The translations under genes and the position numbers were made by a program. Below are positions 23,669-35,929 of a stretch of DNA of 64,000 nucleotides, piece by piece. The notes under the pieces were generated by a model. That model saw only the letters and a program-made list of their open reading frames with translations. It had not been told where the DNA came from and searched no databases. The stretch is taken from the NCBI GenBank assembly GCA_002633005.1, contig NMRA01000047.1:583326-647325 (forward strand). Direction: 5' to 3'. The stretch's first letter is position 1, and each line of letters opens with the position of its first letter. The DNA comes from Phoronis australis (taxonomy: Eukaryota; Animalia; Phoronida).

Positions 23669-25454
23669 AGGAGAATGCCACCTGATTTAATTAGTCTTTT
23701 TTACCGTCTTATTCGGTTTATATCCACATCACCTCGTATACGGTCAATCTTACCTCCCCGAGAGGTGAGAAACGACGCAGCAACGTCAGTGGTTCTTCTG
23801 CAAAGTGAGTGCCGCTATGGTGTGGTGTATCGTTTCTGCTTGTGCGAACAATGAAGTTGCGAGGAAAGCAGGTATACCTTTTTTTCGATTTCCTCGATCG
23901 AGAGCCCATAATGCTTCGAAAAGTATGCCGTTAATACCAAGTATGAGGCCGTGAAACGTCTCCGTGTCTGTCAGTGGCCTGCAGTCGTCGAATCGGTTGT
24001 TGATCAGTTTTTGATGATGGAGAATTGTAATTAGCCATGAAAACATAAGCAATTACTGTGAATTCAAGGCATGAAAACATAACTTTTATATAATGTTTGA
24101 TGACTGAATCGTTTGTGAGGCTTCTGTTTGGTTCTCTGGGTGTAGGATGTTTTCACCAGAGCTCTTTTTCTGAGCCCTAAAAAACGTCATTAGCACACCT
24201 CTGTTTAGATGCGGTGCAAAATCAGGATGGTCCGTGAAAGAAATATGCGCTTCTTCAAGAAGGCGTTTCACTTGCGGAATTTCGTGGCGGCAAACGCAAG
24301 CGTCAGTTGTTTGCATTATCGTGCAGTTAGCTCACTGACACCGTGACAAGTCATTCAGACGGTTTTCGGAACTATCCATGTGTTACGTTGTCTGCACATG
24401 TTCACGGAGCCTCTCTGTTATTTCTTGATCAATGTATTCCGGTTCGGACTGATAGCCTGTGAAGTCTTCGTCAGGTGAACACTCATCTAAGTTGGGATTG
24501 CGAGTTGCCACGTTGACATTTATTATTGTTAGTTCTGTTTTAAAAGAATTATTCTTACCCTAACCAATGCTTATACAAAACTGAAGCAAAGTCTGTCTTA
24601 TTAGATACAATTTGTAGTGCCTTGGAGTGTTCGTGAGTGCAAATGTTTTGAGATTCCAGCAATGAATAAATCACTGCGTTACCAACTTTAGCTGCAATAC
24701 TCTAACTGACCAGGCACCGAGGCCGTTTACTGACAGAAAGCTGTTGCGACACAATAACTCGATTTTATATCCTATGGTCAGATGTGTCAGTTTCGCGGCT
24801 AATTCACCAAAATAACCACGTGCATTTTTTCTTAGGCTCACTAGAAAAGTATTTTCGTGACTGGAAGTTTAGTTTCCAACTTTGGCTGGTTCGTGATGTC
24901 TTCAGTCCAGCCGCGATGGCCCTGATCGGGTTCTGAGCCATTGGCCGGGATAGTAAGCGTTTTGTGTGGTTAGAACTGAAAAAATCGCAAGTCTAAAATA
25001 ACAACACATAGGTACTATGTTCTCCTGTCTGTATTTCACCGACGAATAATTTGAATTTATCACCGAACAAACCCCAAACTCCTGCGACCGCGCACCTTAG
25101 TAAATTGGCCTACCAAACTTTGTAGGCTACGGTATGTTCAAATACCTAAAATTCTGTAACAGCGAAATAAACTAACACGCTGGTTCAATAACTCGATGTA
25201 TTTGTAAGGGTTTTACATCAAATTTTGATGATTTTTTTGGTGTAAAACGTCGAATTCAAGCGGTAAGCTGACACTAGAAAGCGTGTCGTGAACTAGTAAA
25301 CAGACTGCATTCGAACCTCTGACGTCATTGGTTATTTTCAATACCTCCATCTGCCGTCAGGTGTCAGGTAAAAGAGCTGTACTTGCTGTTATCGAGTGGA
25401 ACTACTGGATTTAAATTGATACAAACTAGGTTGTTTTTTGGGTGGCATTCTCCT
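23669..25454 (-). mobile_element. Kolobok family A copy retaining the longest KolX and THAP remnants
   Basis: Both TIRs (AGGAGAATGCCACC) with TTAA TSDs. THAP start MVWCIVSACAN...IPFFRFP at 23817 (+). KolX remnant GYQSEPEY...ENRLNDLSRCQ*ANCTIMQTTDACVCRHEIPQV...TDHPDF (-, ~24090-24460). Confidence 0.9.
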
Positions 25455-27967
25455 TTAATGTCACAGCGTATTATTACGTCACAATTCCAGAGCTGACCAA
25501 GAAACCTGGAAATATCTGCTAAAATACAATAAAAATTAACTCGTCGGAATAGCTAGTTCATGCCTCCGGAGAAGCACGCATTACTCTTATGACCATTCGT
25601 TTGTTATTTTTCAAGTTACAATTAAAACCAAACACACTCGTAATCTGGTTACAGCACCTGATGATGAAAAGGTACGATAACAAAATAACACCACTGTTGT
25701 GTTTATCAAATGCACAATATTCATCCAAATGAAATTCATCGGCAATATCTGTCCATGTATAACGTCAAATTTTTTAAAGTATCGTGGCACATCTCAACGC
25801 TCATCATCCGTCCTGTCCTTCATAAACCAGGGTTGCATAAAACTTCAAAATTGTCCGCTGGATAAGTTCGATGGTTCGTCAGGTGCATTGTTCAACCATA
25901 ACAACGTGACGCATGATAATGCGACGTCATTGTTGCTATACGGCGTATAACTTTTATGTAGACACCAGTGACTTAAAGCCGTGAATATAAGCATAAAAAC
26001 CAGCTGATTATTATACTACCAATGTCCGTTAGCAACAGCTCATGTGATTTCATGGACATACATGTATATCAGCCTTCACAAATATACGTGTTTTGTCAAT
26101 CTTAACCCTTGTTTGTCTCCGTAATAGAGTTTTGAACCGGTCGCTGACATCGCCGGCCATTTTGAATGAGGCCCTAAAGTCGTGACCTTTTCGTTTAGAC
26201 GGAAATGCCCGAAGTAAGACCACACAAATCAACTACAGTGGTTACAGTTACTCTACACGACATCAGAAAAATCATTGCATTGTTTATTTATTCAGTTTCA
26301 ATTGGAATAAATTGTTATGTGTTTTGCACCCAACTTCGATGTGCACAAACGTGTTCAATGAGGTTGTAAAACGCTAAGAACCCAGCATCAATTATCTCTC
26401 TGTATTTTATTGCCCTTGGCCTTACAAAACTTCATCGAACTTGGGACATTTTGATTGATACATTGTTCAAGCCACCCCTGGAGTGCGTGTTACAGCATAT
26501 CTGAACGATGTTTAGCTTCGAAAATGTATTCTGAAAATGCACAAGAAAGTGGATTAGTGAAATATGCTGTTTTAAGATACATGTGTTTATTTTCATATTG
26601 TGAATATCAACACGTTCGGGTACTCGTTTGACTTTCGTAAGCAGACGAACGCTGGAAACTTCAACGCTAGATGTCGCGGGACCGCGCTGAAGCAGAAATT
26701 AGATCGTTCACGACTTCAGGACACTCACGACTTTAGGAGGTACAGAACAGTTCTCACAGGTGTTTGCCTATCAGAACACAGATCAATGGACTCTTCACCC
26801 TTTCTTCGGTCTGTCCAAAAATTTCATGCAAATAAAGAAAAGTTTTGAGTCATTTCACATCACACGCCCTACAGATGAGCACAGAAACTTTGTTCTCTCT
26901 TGTATTTTTGACCCTTTCACTCCCACTGGGAACAAAGCTGGACTCAGAAAAATAAGGACAAAAAATGCAAAATCGCCACTTTTCACCCCAAAACCACTAC
27001 TTCCTTGACGATGTTCAACTAAAGTCAACATTAGATTCCGAAAGAAAATTTCCTACCAATTCCAAAAATGTGGTCCAAAAGTACTGTCAACCAACTAGTT
27101 TTTTGCAAATCTGACTTGTTTGAGGGCTACTTGAAATCGCGGCCAATTTCTCAGTTGCTACACATCAGTGCACAATTGCAATAGGGGGCCACCATCTTGA
27201 AGAAGAGTGCAGCTACAGCCAAGAAAGTGGCTTTTTTAATTCTCAGCATGTTCACAAATACAAACAAACCGCATTCACTTGGCCTACAGACAATACCTAA
27301 CTAAAAAATGCCCCCAAGCCTGGCCTACTCCTAGATTTTAACATTTTGGGTGAGCAAATTGGCCGCAGCCGCAGTATAACTATTCAGTGCCACCTTAGAA
27401 CCTCTGACGGGTAATTGGGCCCAGATGTTCCGGGAAATGCATTGCTTGAGCTGTGGGTCTATGCTGAGTTTTCATCTCTTCTGCTTTGTTCGTTTCATCG
27501 TTTAACGCAAGCTCTTAAATTATATTGTCATAACGAATGTTTGATATTATCATATTATTGGCCTGCGAAATCCCCATCACTGCTTTCTCTCCTGTCTAAC
27601 AGATGAAGAGAAGTCTTTGGATACACCTTCGCCCTTATCTTTCACGTCTTGTCTTGCGTTTTAGATAATAGTCCATTCGACTTTAGGAAGTCTAGAAAAT
27701 TACTACTGCGACTACTTTTAGAGGACAATATAATTTCGGTATTTAATGTTATTAAGTAGGCCTACTATAGTGTAAGAATCTAAAAAGTTTTCAAGGCTGG
27801 GCTTGAAAATTGACCTAAAAATTCTGTCACTTTGCAAAATTTGGCAAAGAAAATCGTTCTTTAAAAATCAACGACCCTGAGCAAAAACTGAATGATAATT
27901 TGACCTCGTTTTGTTCAAGTGCTAAATTTCATGAAATTAGTTGGAAAAAATGTATTCAAATAAGAAA

Positions 27968-27982
27968 TACACACACACACAA

Positions 27983-28031
<49 letters not shown>
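27968..28031. repeat. Compound microsatellite (CA)n(TA)n
   Basis: Directly visible in the sequence. Confidence 0.95.
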
Positions 28032-28035
<4 letters not shown>

Positions 28036-28739
28036 CAGCGCCTCCTGTTGGTGGAACTACACACTACTACATTATGAACTCTTATCAAAAGACAATAGTT
28101 TTAACCATTTGGAACTTAATTTATGTATGAAATCTAAACCCAGAAACGAATAACTTATATTTCCAATGCTTCTTCACCACCACTTGCATTATAATATTGT
28201 CTTATTATCTACATTGCAGCTTATTGTCTACTGGAATCTGGAATAACACACTGAACACTCAATGAGCACAACAGTTTCAAAATTCTATGACAACAAAGCA
28301 CACACTTATTAAGTTTCTTTATCCATTTTACTGTCATCATCAGGCTAGCAAAAAATTGTTTCTTGAGACAACGTGTGAACACAGTCTCGACACTGAGTCA
28401 CACAGCTTGGAACATTGCATGCCCGACTTCTAACAAGAGCACATTTTTGTACTACCAGGGTTCGACCAAGGAGTGTAGTAGTACTACTACACTCCTTGGT
28501 TCGACACTTAGGTTAACGTCGACCCGTCAAAAATCCCAGGACGTCAAACGAAATTTGAGATGCCAAAATTGAAAATCCCAGGTAGCTTCGATTAAAAAAG
28601 GTCGTGCGGCTGTAACGGGCCTCGTTGATCACTGATATGAGTTGAACTACCTCAAATATGCAATATGAACTCAAGGTTTAAATTTATCATTTTCATTCTT
28701 TCCTTCATCATTAATAACAATTATAGCAATTTTTCAGCG

Positions 28740-29420
28740 CGCCATTTGTCGTGTCAAATATGTATGCAAGTTGTTTGAAACTTGACACTAACATGATCTT
28801 TTCAACGAGTAGAAGCCGCGGACGACACCGGGAAGAACTAGACTACGTGTAAGAAATGACACTCAAATGTTTGGAAGTGAGGCTTAGGGGAAATTTCTTT
28901 GGCACAATGATGTCATATGTACCACTTTACGCTGAATGGTTGAGAATTTCTCTGAGGCGCTCGAATTAAGGGCCAGGCTGCGAAATATGGGCGGTGTAAC
29001 TAACGTCGCTATTAATTACTTTCTGTGATATGTAAGAAACAAAACTCTTTATTAAAAAATACTTGTATTTCTGATATCAAAGGTTGTTTTGATCGCTGGG
29101 GTTTATCTTTAACTGTAGATGGGGAGTCACAGTAGAGCTCAGTGTATACAAAGGACTCAATGTCATCTATGAGTTGATTTTGAAACTCAAATGTCCAGCC
29201 GGTGCAACTTTTAAAAACACTCACATACTGCAGGGGTGTCCAACAGCAACTGCAAAGCCTTCATTTGACCTTGCCTGTGAAAATGTGTAGATCAAGCAAT
29301 GCTTGAGCCTCCTCCTCACGAGACAACATGATTCAACTTAAATCAATTACTCTGGAGTTCTGAGCTGTACCCGTTAGTTTCTTGAGTGACAAATAAATGC
29401 TTCCTACGGCACCTGTATAC
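28740..29420 (-). pseudogene. Highly decayed second Academ-type transposase C-terminal (XPG-like) remnant
   Basis: Minus strand reads GTAQNSRVIDLS*...AQALLDLHIFTG / QGQMKALQLL...QLIDDIESFVYTELY. This parallels GSGKNYKYIPI...ALPLFHALTSCD...GIGRRTAW...RWTVLMY in the Academ at 40300-40600. Confidence 0.5.
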
Positions 29421-29858
29421 CTCAGACAACATCAGATTAACTTTCAGTCTGTAACTCTAATGCGTTCTGTTGATAAATTACTTCCTAGGGAAACTGGACA
29501 CCTCGGGTATTAAACTGTGCGCAATATGCTAATGAAGCAGTAATTTACTAACAGCCCCAGCCTGCCGGAAACCATCTGAAAACCAGTTTCCATTACAATC
29601 TCGTGAAAGTCTCGCTTTGAGAGACTATTTTATGAGCATGGTAATATTTCATTACGGCATACCAAAACCAGATGCCGGCCACCGACGACTGAGGTCCGGC
29701 TACTCGGCCAACGTTCCTCGCGGAGACCTCAACGAAAGTATTGGTTCTGTAATTTCATTGTGCTGTCACCTTGGACAATATTCAACGTCATCCCATTTTG
29801 CGTCTCTAGTAGTGCAAATTCTAGGTATTTGCACACACTTGTCGTCTACATTTCTTAA

Positions 29859-31618
29859 AAGGGCATGCCACCCAAAAAACAACCTAATTTGTATCAATTT
29901 AGATCGGATAGTTCTACTCCATATAGGGCACGTACGGTTGCGTTACCTGGCACCTGACGGCAGACAGAGGTGTTAAAATTATCCAATGACGTAATTGGTT
30001 TCACACGCAGTCCGTTCAGCAGTTCACAACACGGGTTACTGGTGTCAGCTTATTGCTTGAATTCATCGTTTAATACCAATAAATCATCAAACTTTGATGT
30101 AAAACCCTTAATAAACACCGAGTTCTTATACAAACGTGTTGTTTTATTTCGCTGTTACGGATTTATTGATGTTTGGTAGCCTACATAAGTCGGCAGGCCA
30201 ATAAGGTCCGTAGCAGGAGTTTGGGGTCTGTTCTGAGATAAATTCGACGTATTTTTCCGTGAGATACAGACAGGAGAACCTAGGTCTGTGCTCTTTAGAC
30301 TTGTGATTTTTTGAGTTCTAAACACACAAAACGCTTGTTATCCTGGCCAGAGGCTCGGAGCCCGATCAGGCCCGACGCAGCCGGACTGACTCGTTGTACC
30401 GGCCAGTGGCTCGGAAGCTGAGCCGATCAGACATCATAAACATAAACCAGCCAAAGTTGGAAACTAAACTTCCAGTCAAGAAAATACTAAACTAGTGAGC
30501 CAAAGAAGTGAAGTGCACGTGATTATGTTGGTGAATTAGCCCACGAAACTGCAAATCTACTTACTCGGCGTTCCGCTTTGGACACGGCAGAATTTTCAGG
30601 GCAGAAGTTGTACATTGACAATCATTTCTGTCAGAAAACACTGAATTAGCATGAGCTCACACGGCCTCGGTGTCCCGTCAATTAGTTTTATTGCACCTCA
30701 AGCCGGTAACACACGGAGATTTATTCATTGCTGGCTTCTCAAATCATTTGCTCTCACAAACACTCCAATCCAAAGGCATTACAAATTGTATCTGGTGAGA
30801 TGGACTTTGTTTCAGTTTTATATAAGTATTGGTGAGGGTGTCTTTTTAATTATGTCGCTAGGTCAGTTACTGTATCTATGTTCAGTAGAGAGTAGAGTTT
30901 TGTTCAGAAAGTGTGAACGCAACGGAATAAAGACCGTGAAAAATGAAAAGTGTCGTGTATTCAACAAATTCTGTATAACAGAAAACTTGCTCCCGAAGTA
31001 CAGTCATTGGTGAGGGTGAGAATAATTCATTTTGAACGCTCAGTAATAAACGTCAACATGGCAACTCACAATCCTGACTTAGACGAGAGCTCATCTCAAC
31101 GAAGACTTTGCAGGTGGATCGGTAAGTTTCACAGGCTATCAGTTCGAACAGGAATACAATGATGAAGTAATACTAGAGAGGCGCCGTGAACAAGCTCAGA
31201 CAACGGAACGTATGGATAGTTATTCGGTAAGCCGGCATTCGTCAGACACTGTCCCGCGACGACTGTTGGCCACAGACACAGAGATGCTTCACGGCCTCAT
31301 ACTTGCATTTAACAACGTACTTTTCATTTTTCACTACCGCGAGTCACTTCCTAAGCATTTCGGACTCTCGAGGAAGTCGAAAAAATGATATACCAGCTTT
31401 TCTCGCAGCTGCATAGTTTGGACAAGCGGGAACGATGCACCGCAACGTAGCGGCATTTACTCTGCAAATGAACCACTGACGTCGCTGCGTCGTTTCTCAC
31501 CTTCCTCACAGGTTAACGCGACACCTCTCGGCAAGGTAAGGTCGACCGTATGCGAGGCCATGTGGATATCTATATTAAGACTGCAAAAAAGACTAATTAA
31601 ATTGGGTGGCATTCTCCT
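29859..31618 (+). mobile_element. Kolobok family A non-autonomous copy
   Basis: TTAA TSDs at 29855-58 and 31619-22 with ~15-bp TIRs. KolX N-terminal remnant GYQFEQEY (+, ~31130). THAP remnant RCIVPACPNY...RLP...VKNEKY...VCG (-, ~31270-31445). Confidence 0.9.
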
Positions 31619-31909
31619 TTAAGACGCCACGGGAATCCTTGGGAAACCCTTGCAGCATTGTCATTATGCTAATGAAACAAGGCACGGTTTTGTTCATTCC
31701 ACTATCAAATAATGATTGCATAATATTTGGAATTACTATAGTTTTTACCCGTTTTGTTCATACTTGTTTTTAAGTGTATCAGCTGTTTCTTTTCCTAATT
31801 ATACTTGTGCGCACAGTTCTCCATGAACTCACTAAGTGGCGCTTTCTACAATGATTCAGGGTTTTATGAGACATAACTGTTCTTTAAGTGTAGCTGTTCT
31901 CGCATTTGA

Positions 31910-32135
31910 GATAGCCCGGGCTAGTTTGCTGTTGGAACACATTTTAGACCAGTCAGATAACCTACCGTACCAAATCGTCACCTTTCTCACTAGACCGGAC
32001 TAACATACCACCTTCCTCAACTTTAGCTACTTTGGCATTAGAGTTAGTCCGGTTTAGTTTGTGGTTGGAACATGATTTAGATCAGGGTGATAACTTACCG
32101 TACCAAATTGTCACCTTTTTCACTAGACCGGACTA
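31910..32135. repeat. Diverged tandem duplication (~132-bp period)
   Basis: tagtttg..gttggaaca.atttaga.cag...gataac.taccgtaccaaat.gtcaccttt.tcactagaccggacta occurs twice. Confidence 0.7.
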
Positions 32136-35100
32136 TTCTACCGTCTTAACTTTAAAACCTATCTTCAACGGTAACATCCCTGTAAATTTGGTTCCTACAG
32201 TATGTTAGGAGCATCGCTTTGAGCCAACTAGTGCCATAAATTGCCAAATGTATGAACAGATACGAACTAGAAAGACTATTGTCACGGCGTACCTGCACCC
32301 AATTTGGAGTTATTAAGCCTCAAAGTTGGTCGGAAGAAGAATAAGAAGAATAAGAATAAGAACTAGAAAGATTATTGTCACGGCGTTACAATAATGGACT
32401 CTGCGCGTGCGTATTAAAGGAATTGTTATGGGAAGTTACTGACAGCAACCCGTTTACCAATATGAAAAGGAATTCTTTAAAATTGTAGGAGTAATTACAT
32501 GTTAATGTTTTTATGACCTTTAAACTAACTGACCTCTTCCGGTGCACTATGAACCCCGATGAGGGAATAATTGTAAAACCAATTTAAAGTGGGGTTAATG
32601 CTAATAATCACAGATGTTTTACTTTAAGCACTTCAGAATACAAGATGAATGAAGTGGTCAAACTTTAAGAAGAAAAATGCACCTAATGACCCCATGCTTG
32701 CACCAAATGACCTGAAAACTTAGAATTCAAACTCAATCGCATTTAGTAAACAGATACTTAATTCTGAAAATTTTAGTTTGCACTCAATGACCTTTGACTT
32801 ATTTTTATCTGATTGGTTAGGCCTATTGCGAAGTAAAGTAGGGTATTCAATTGGCATGTTGACTTACACCAGTGTGCTGAAATTGAAAAGAATTCCTTGA
32901 AAAACGTAAGACATATAACATTTTGAACGTTACATGACCTTTGCACTAATTGACCTTATCCGGTGCATTTTAAGCATCTTTAGGAGAATTATTGCAAAGC
33001 CCATGGAAAATGTGTTTAATGCTGAGAATCACAGTTGTCTAACGGTTGACACATCAGAATACTTGCTGATTGAAAAGGTCAAATTTTAAGGAGAAAAATG
33101 CACCTAATGACCCCATGTTTGCACTAAATGACCTGAAACTTTAGATTCCGATTTGATTTACCTGTGGCAATCAGACCTGTCAATTTGAAGTGTCTAGCTC
33201 GAAATTTTGGTTTGCACCTAATGACCTTTGACCTATTTCACCTGATTGGATGACCCGATTACTTAGAAAAGTATTTTTTTAAATTGTCATGGTGACTTAT
33301 ACCTGTGCACCGAATTTGAAAAAGATAGCATTAAAACTGAACGAGGAGTAGCATTTTGAAATTTATATGACCTTTGCACCAAATGACATCTTTCGGGGCT
33401 ATATGGAATATGATTATATAACCAATCAAAATTTATATACTGTCAAAAGTCATATGCTGAACTTAAAGACCGTACCTGCACCCAATTTGGAGTTACTAAA
33501 CCTCAAAGTTGGTCGGAAGAAGAATAAGAAGAATAAGAATAAGAACTAGAAAGATTATTGTCACGGCATGACAATAATGGACTCTGCGCGTGCGTATTAA
33601 AGGAATTGTTATGGAAGTTACTGACAGCAACCCAGTTACCAATATGAAAAGGAATTCTTTAAAATTGTAGGAGAAATTACATGTGAATATTTGATGACCT
33701 TTCCACTAACTGACCTCTTCCGGTGCTTTATGAACCCCGATGAGGGAATAATTGTAAAACCAATTTAAAGTGTGGTTAATGCTAAGAATCACAGATGTTT
33801 TACTTTAAGCACTTCAGAATACAACATGAATGAATTGGTCAAACTTTCAGAAGAAAAATGCACCTAATGACCCCATGGGTGCACCAAATGACCCAAAAAT
33901 TTAGAATTCAAACTCAATCGCATTTAGTAAACAGATATGTAATTTTGAAGTCTCTAGCTCAAAATTTTAATTTTGCACTCAATGACCTTTGACTTATTTT
34001 TTTCTGATTGGTTAGTCCTATTGCTTAGTTAAGTAGGTTGTTCAATTGGCAAGTTGACTTACACCAGTGTGCTGAAATTGAAAAGAATTCCTTGAAAAAC
34101 GTAAGAGATATAACATTTTGAACGTTACATGACCTTTGCACTAACTGACCTTATCCGGTGCATTTTAAGCATCTTTAGGAGAATTATTGCAAAGCCCATG
34201 GAAAGTGTGTTTAACGCTGAGAATCAAAGTTGTCTAATGGTTGACACATCAGAATACTTGCTGATTGAAAAGGTCAAATTTTGAGAAGAAAAATGCACCT
34301 AATGACCCCATATTTGCACTAAATGACCTGAAACTTTGGATTCCGATTTGATTTTACTGTGGCAATCAGACCTGTCAATTTGAAGTGTCTAGCTCAATAT
34401 TTTAGTTTGCAACTAATGACCTTTGACCTATTTCACCTGATTGGATGACCCGATTACTTAGAAAAGTATTTTTTTAAATTCTCATGTTGATTTATACCTG
34501 TGAACCGAATTTGAAAAAGATAGCTTTAAAACTGAAGGAGGAGTAGCATTTTGAAAATTATATGACCTTTGCACCAAACGACCTCTTCCGGTGCAATATG
34601 GAATATGATTATATAACCAATCAAAATTTATATACTGTCAAAAGTGATATGCTGAATTTAAAGACCGTACCTGTACCCAATTTGGAGTTAATAAGCCTCA
34701 AAGTTGGTCGGAAGAAGAATAAGAAGAACTAGAAAGATTATTGTCACGGCGTGACAATAACGGACTCTGCGCGTGCGTACACTGGAATTATTATGGGAAG
34801 TTACTGACAGCAACCCGTTTATCAATATGAAAAGGAATTCTTTAAAATTGTAGTAGAAATTACATGTTAATTTTTGATGACCTTTCCACTAATTGACCTA
34901 TTCCGGTGCATTATGAGCCCCGATGAGGGAGTAATTGTTAACTCGATTAAAAGTGTGGTGAATGCTAAAAATCACAGATGTTTTACTTTAAGCACTTCAG
35001 AATACAAGATGATTGAATTGGTCAAACTTTCAGAAGTAAAGTGCACCTATTGACCCCATGGATGCACCAAATGACCTGAAAATTTAGAATTCAAACTCAA

Positions 35101-35929
35101 TCGCACTTAGTAAACAGATGTGTAATTTTGAAGTCTCTAGCTCAAAATTTTAGTTTGCACTCAATGAACTTTGACCTATTTTTTTCTGAATGGTTAGGCC
35201 TATTGCGAAGTAAAGTAGGGTATTTAATTTGCATGTTGACTTACACCAGTGTGCTGAAATTGAAAAGAATTCCTTGAAAATCGTAAGACATGTAACATTT
35301 TGAATGTTACATGACCTTTGCACTAATTGACCTTATCCGGTGCATTTTAAGCATCTTTAGGAGAATTATTGCAAAGCCCATGACAAATGTGTTTAACGCT
35401 AAGAATCACAGTTTTCTAACGGTTGACACATCAGAATACTTGCTGATTGAAAATGACAAATTTTCAGAAGAAAAATGCACCTGATGACCTCATGTTTGCA
35501 CTAAATGACCTGAAACTTTGGATTCCGATTTGATTTACCTGTGGCAATCAAACCTGTCAATTTGAAGTGTCTAGCTCAAATTTTTAGTTTGCACCTAATG
35601 ACCTTTAACCTATTTAATCTGATTGGATGACCCGAATACTTAGAAAAGTAATTTTTTTAATTCTTATGTTGACTGATTCCTGTGCACCGAATTTGAAAAA
35701 ATAGCTTCAAAACTGAAGGAGAAGTAGCATTTTGAAAATTATATGACCTTTGCACCAAACGACCTCTTCCGGTGCAATATGGAATATTATTATATAACTA
35801 ATCAATAACTGTCAAAAGTCATATGCTGAATTTAAAGACCGTACCTGCACCCAATTTGGAGTTAATAAGCCTCAAAGTTGGTTGGAAGAAGAATAAGAAT
35901 AAGAATAAGAATAAAATTGAAGAAAATAC

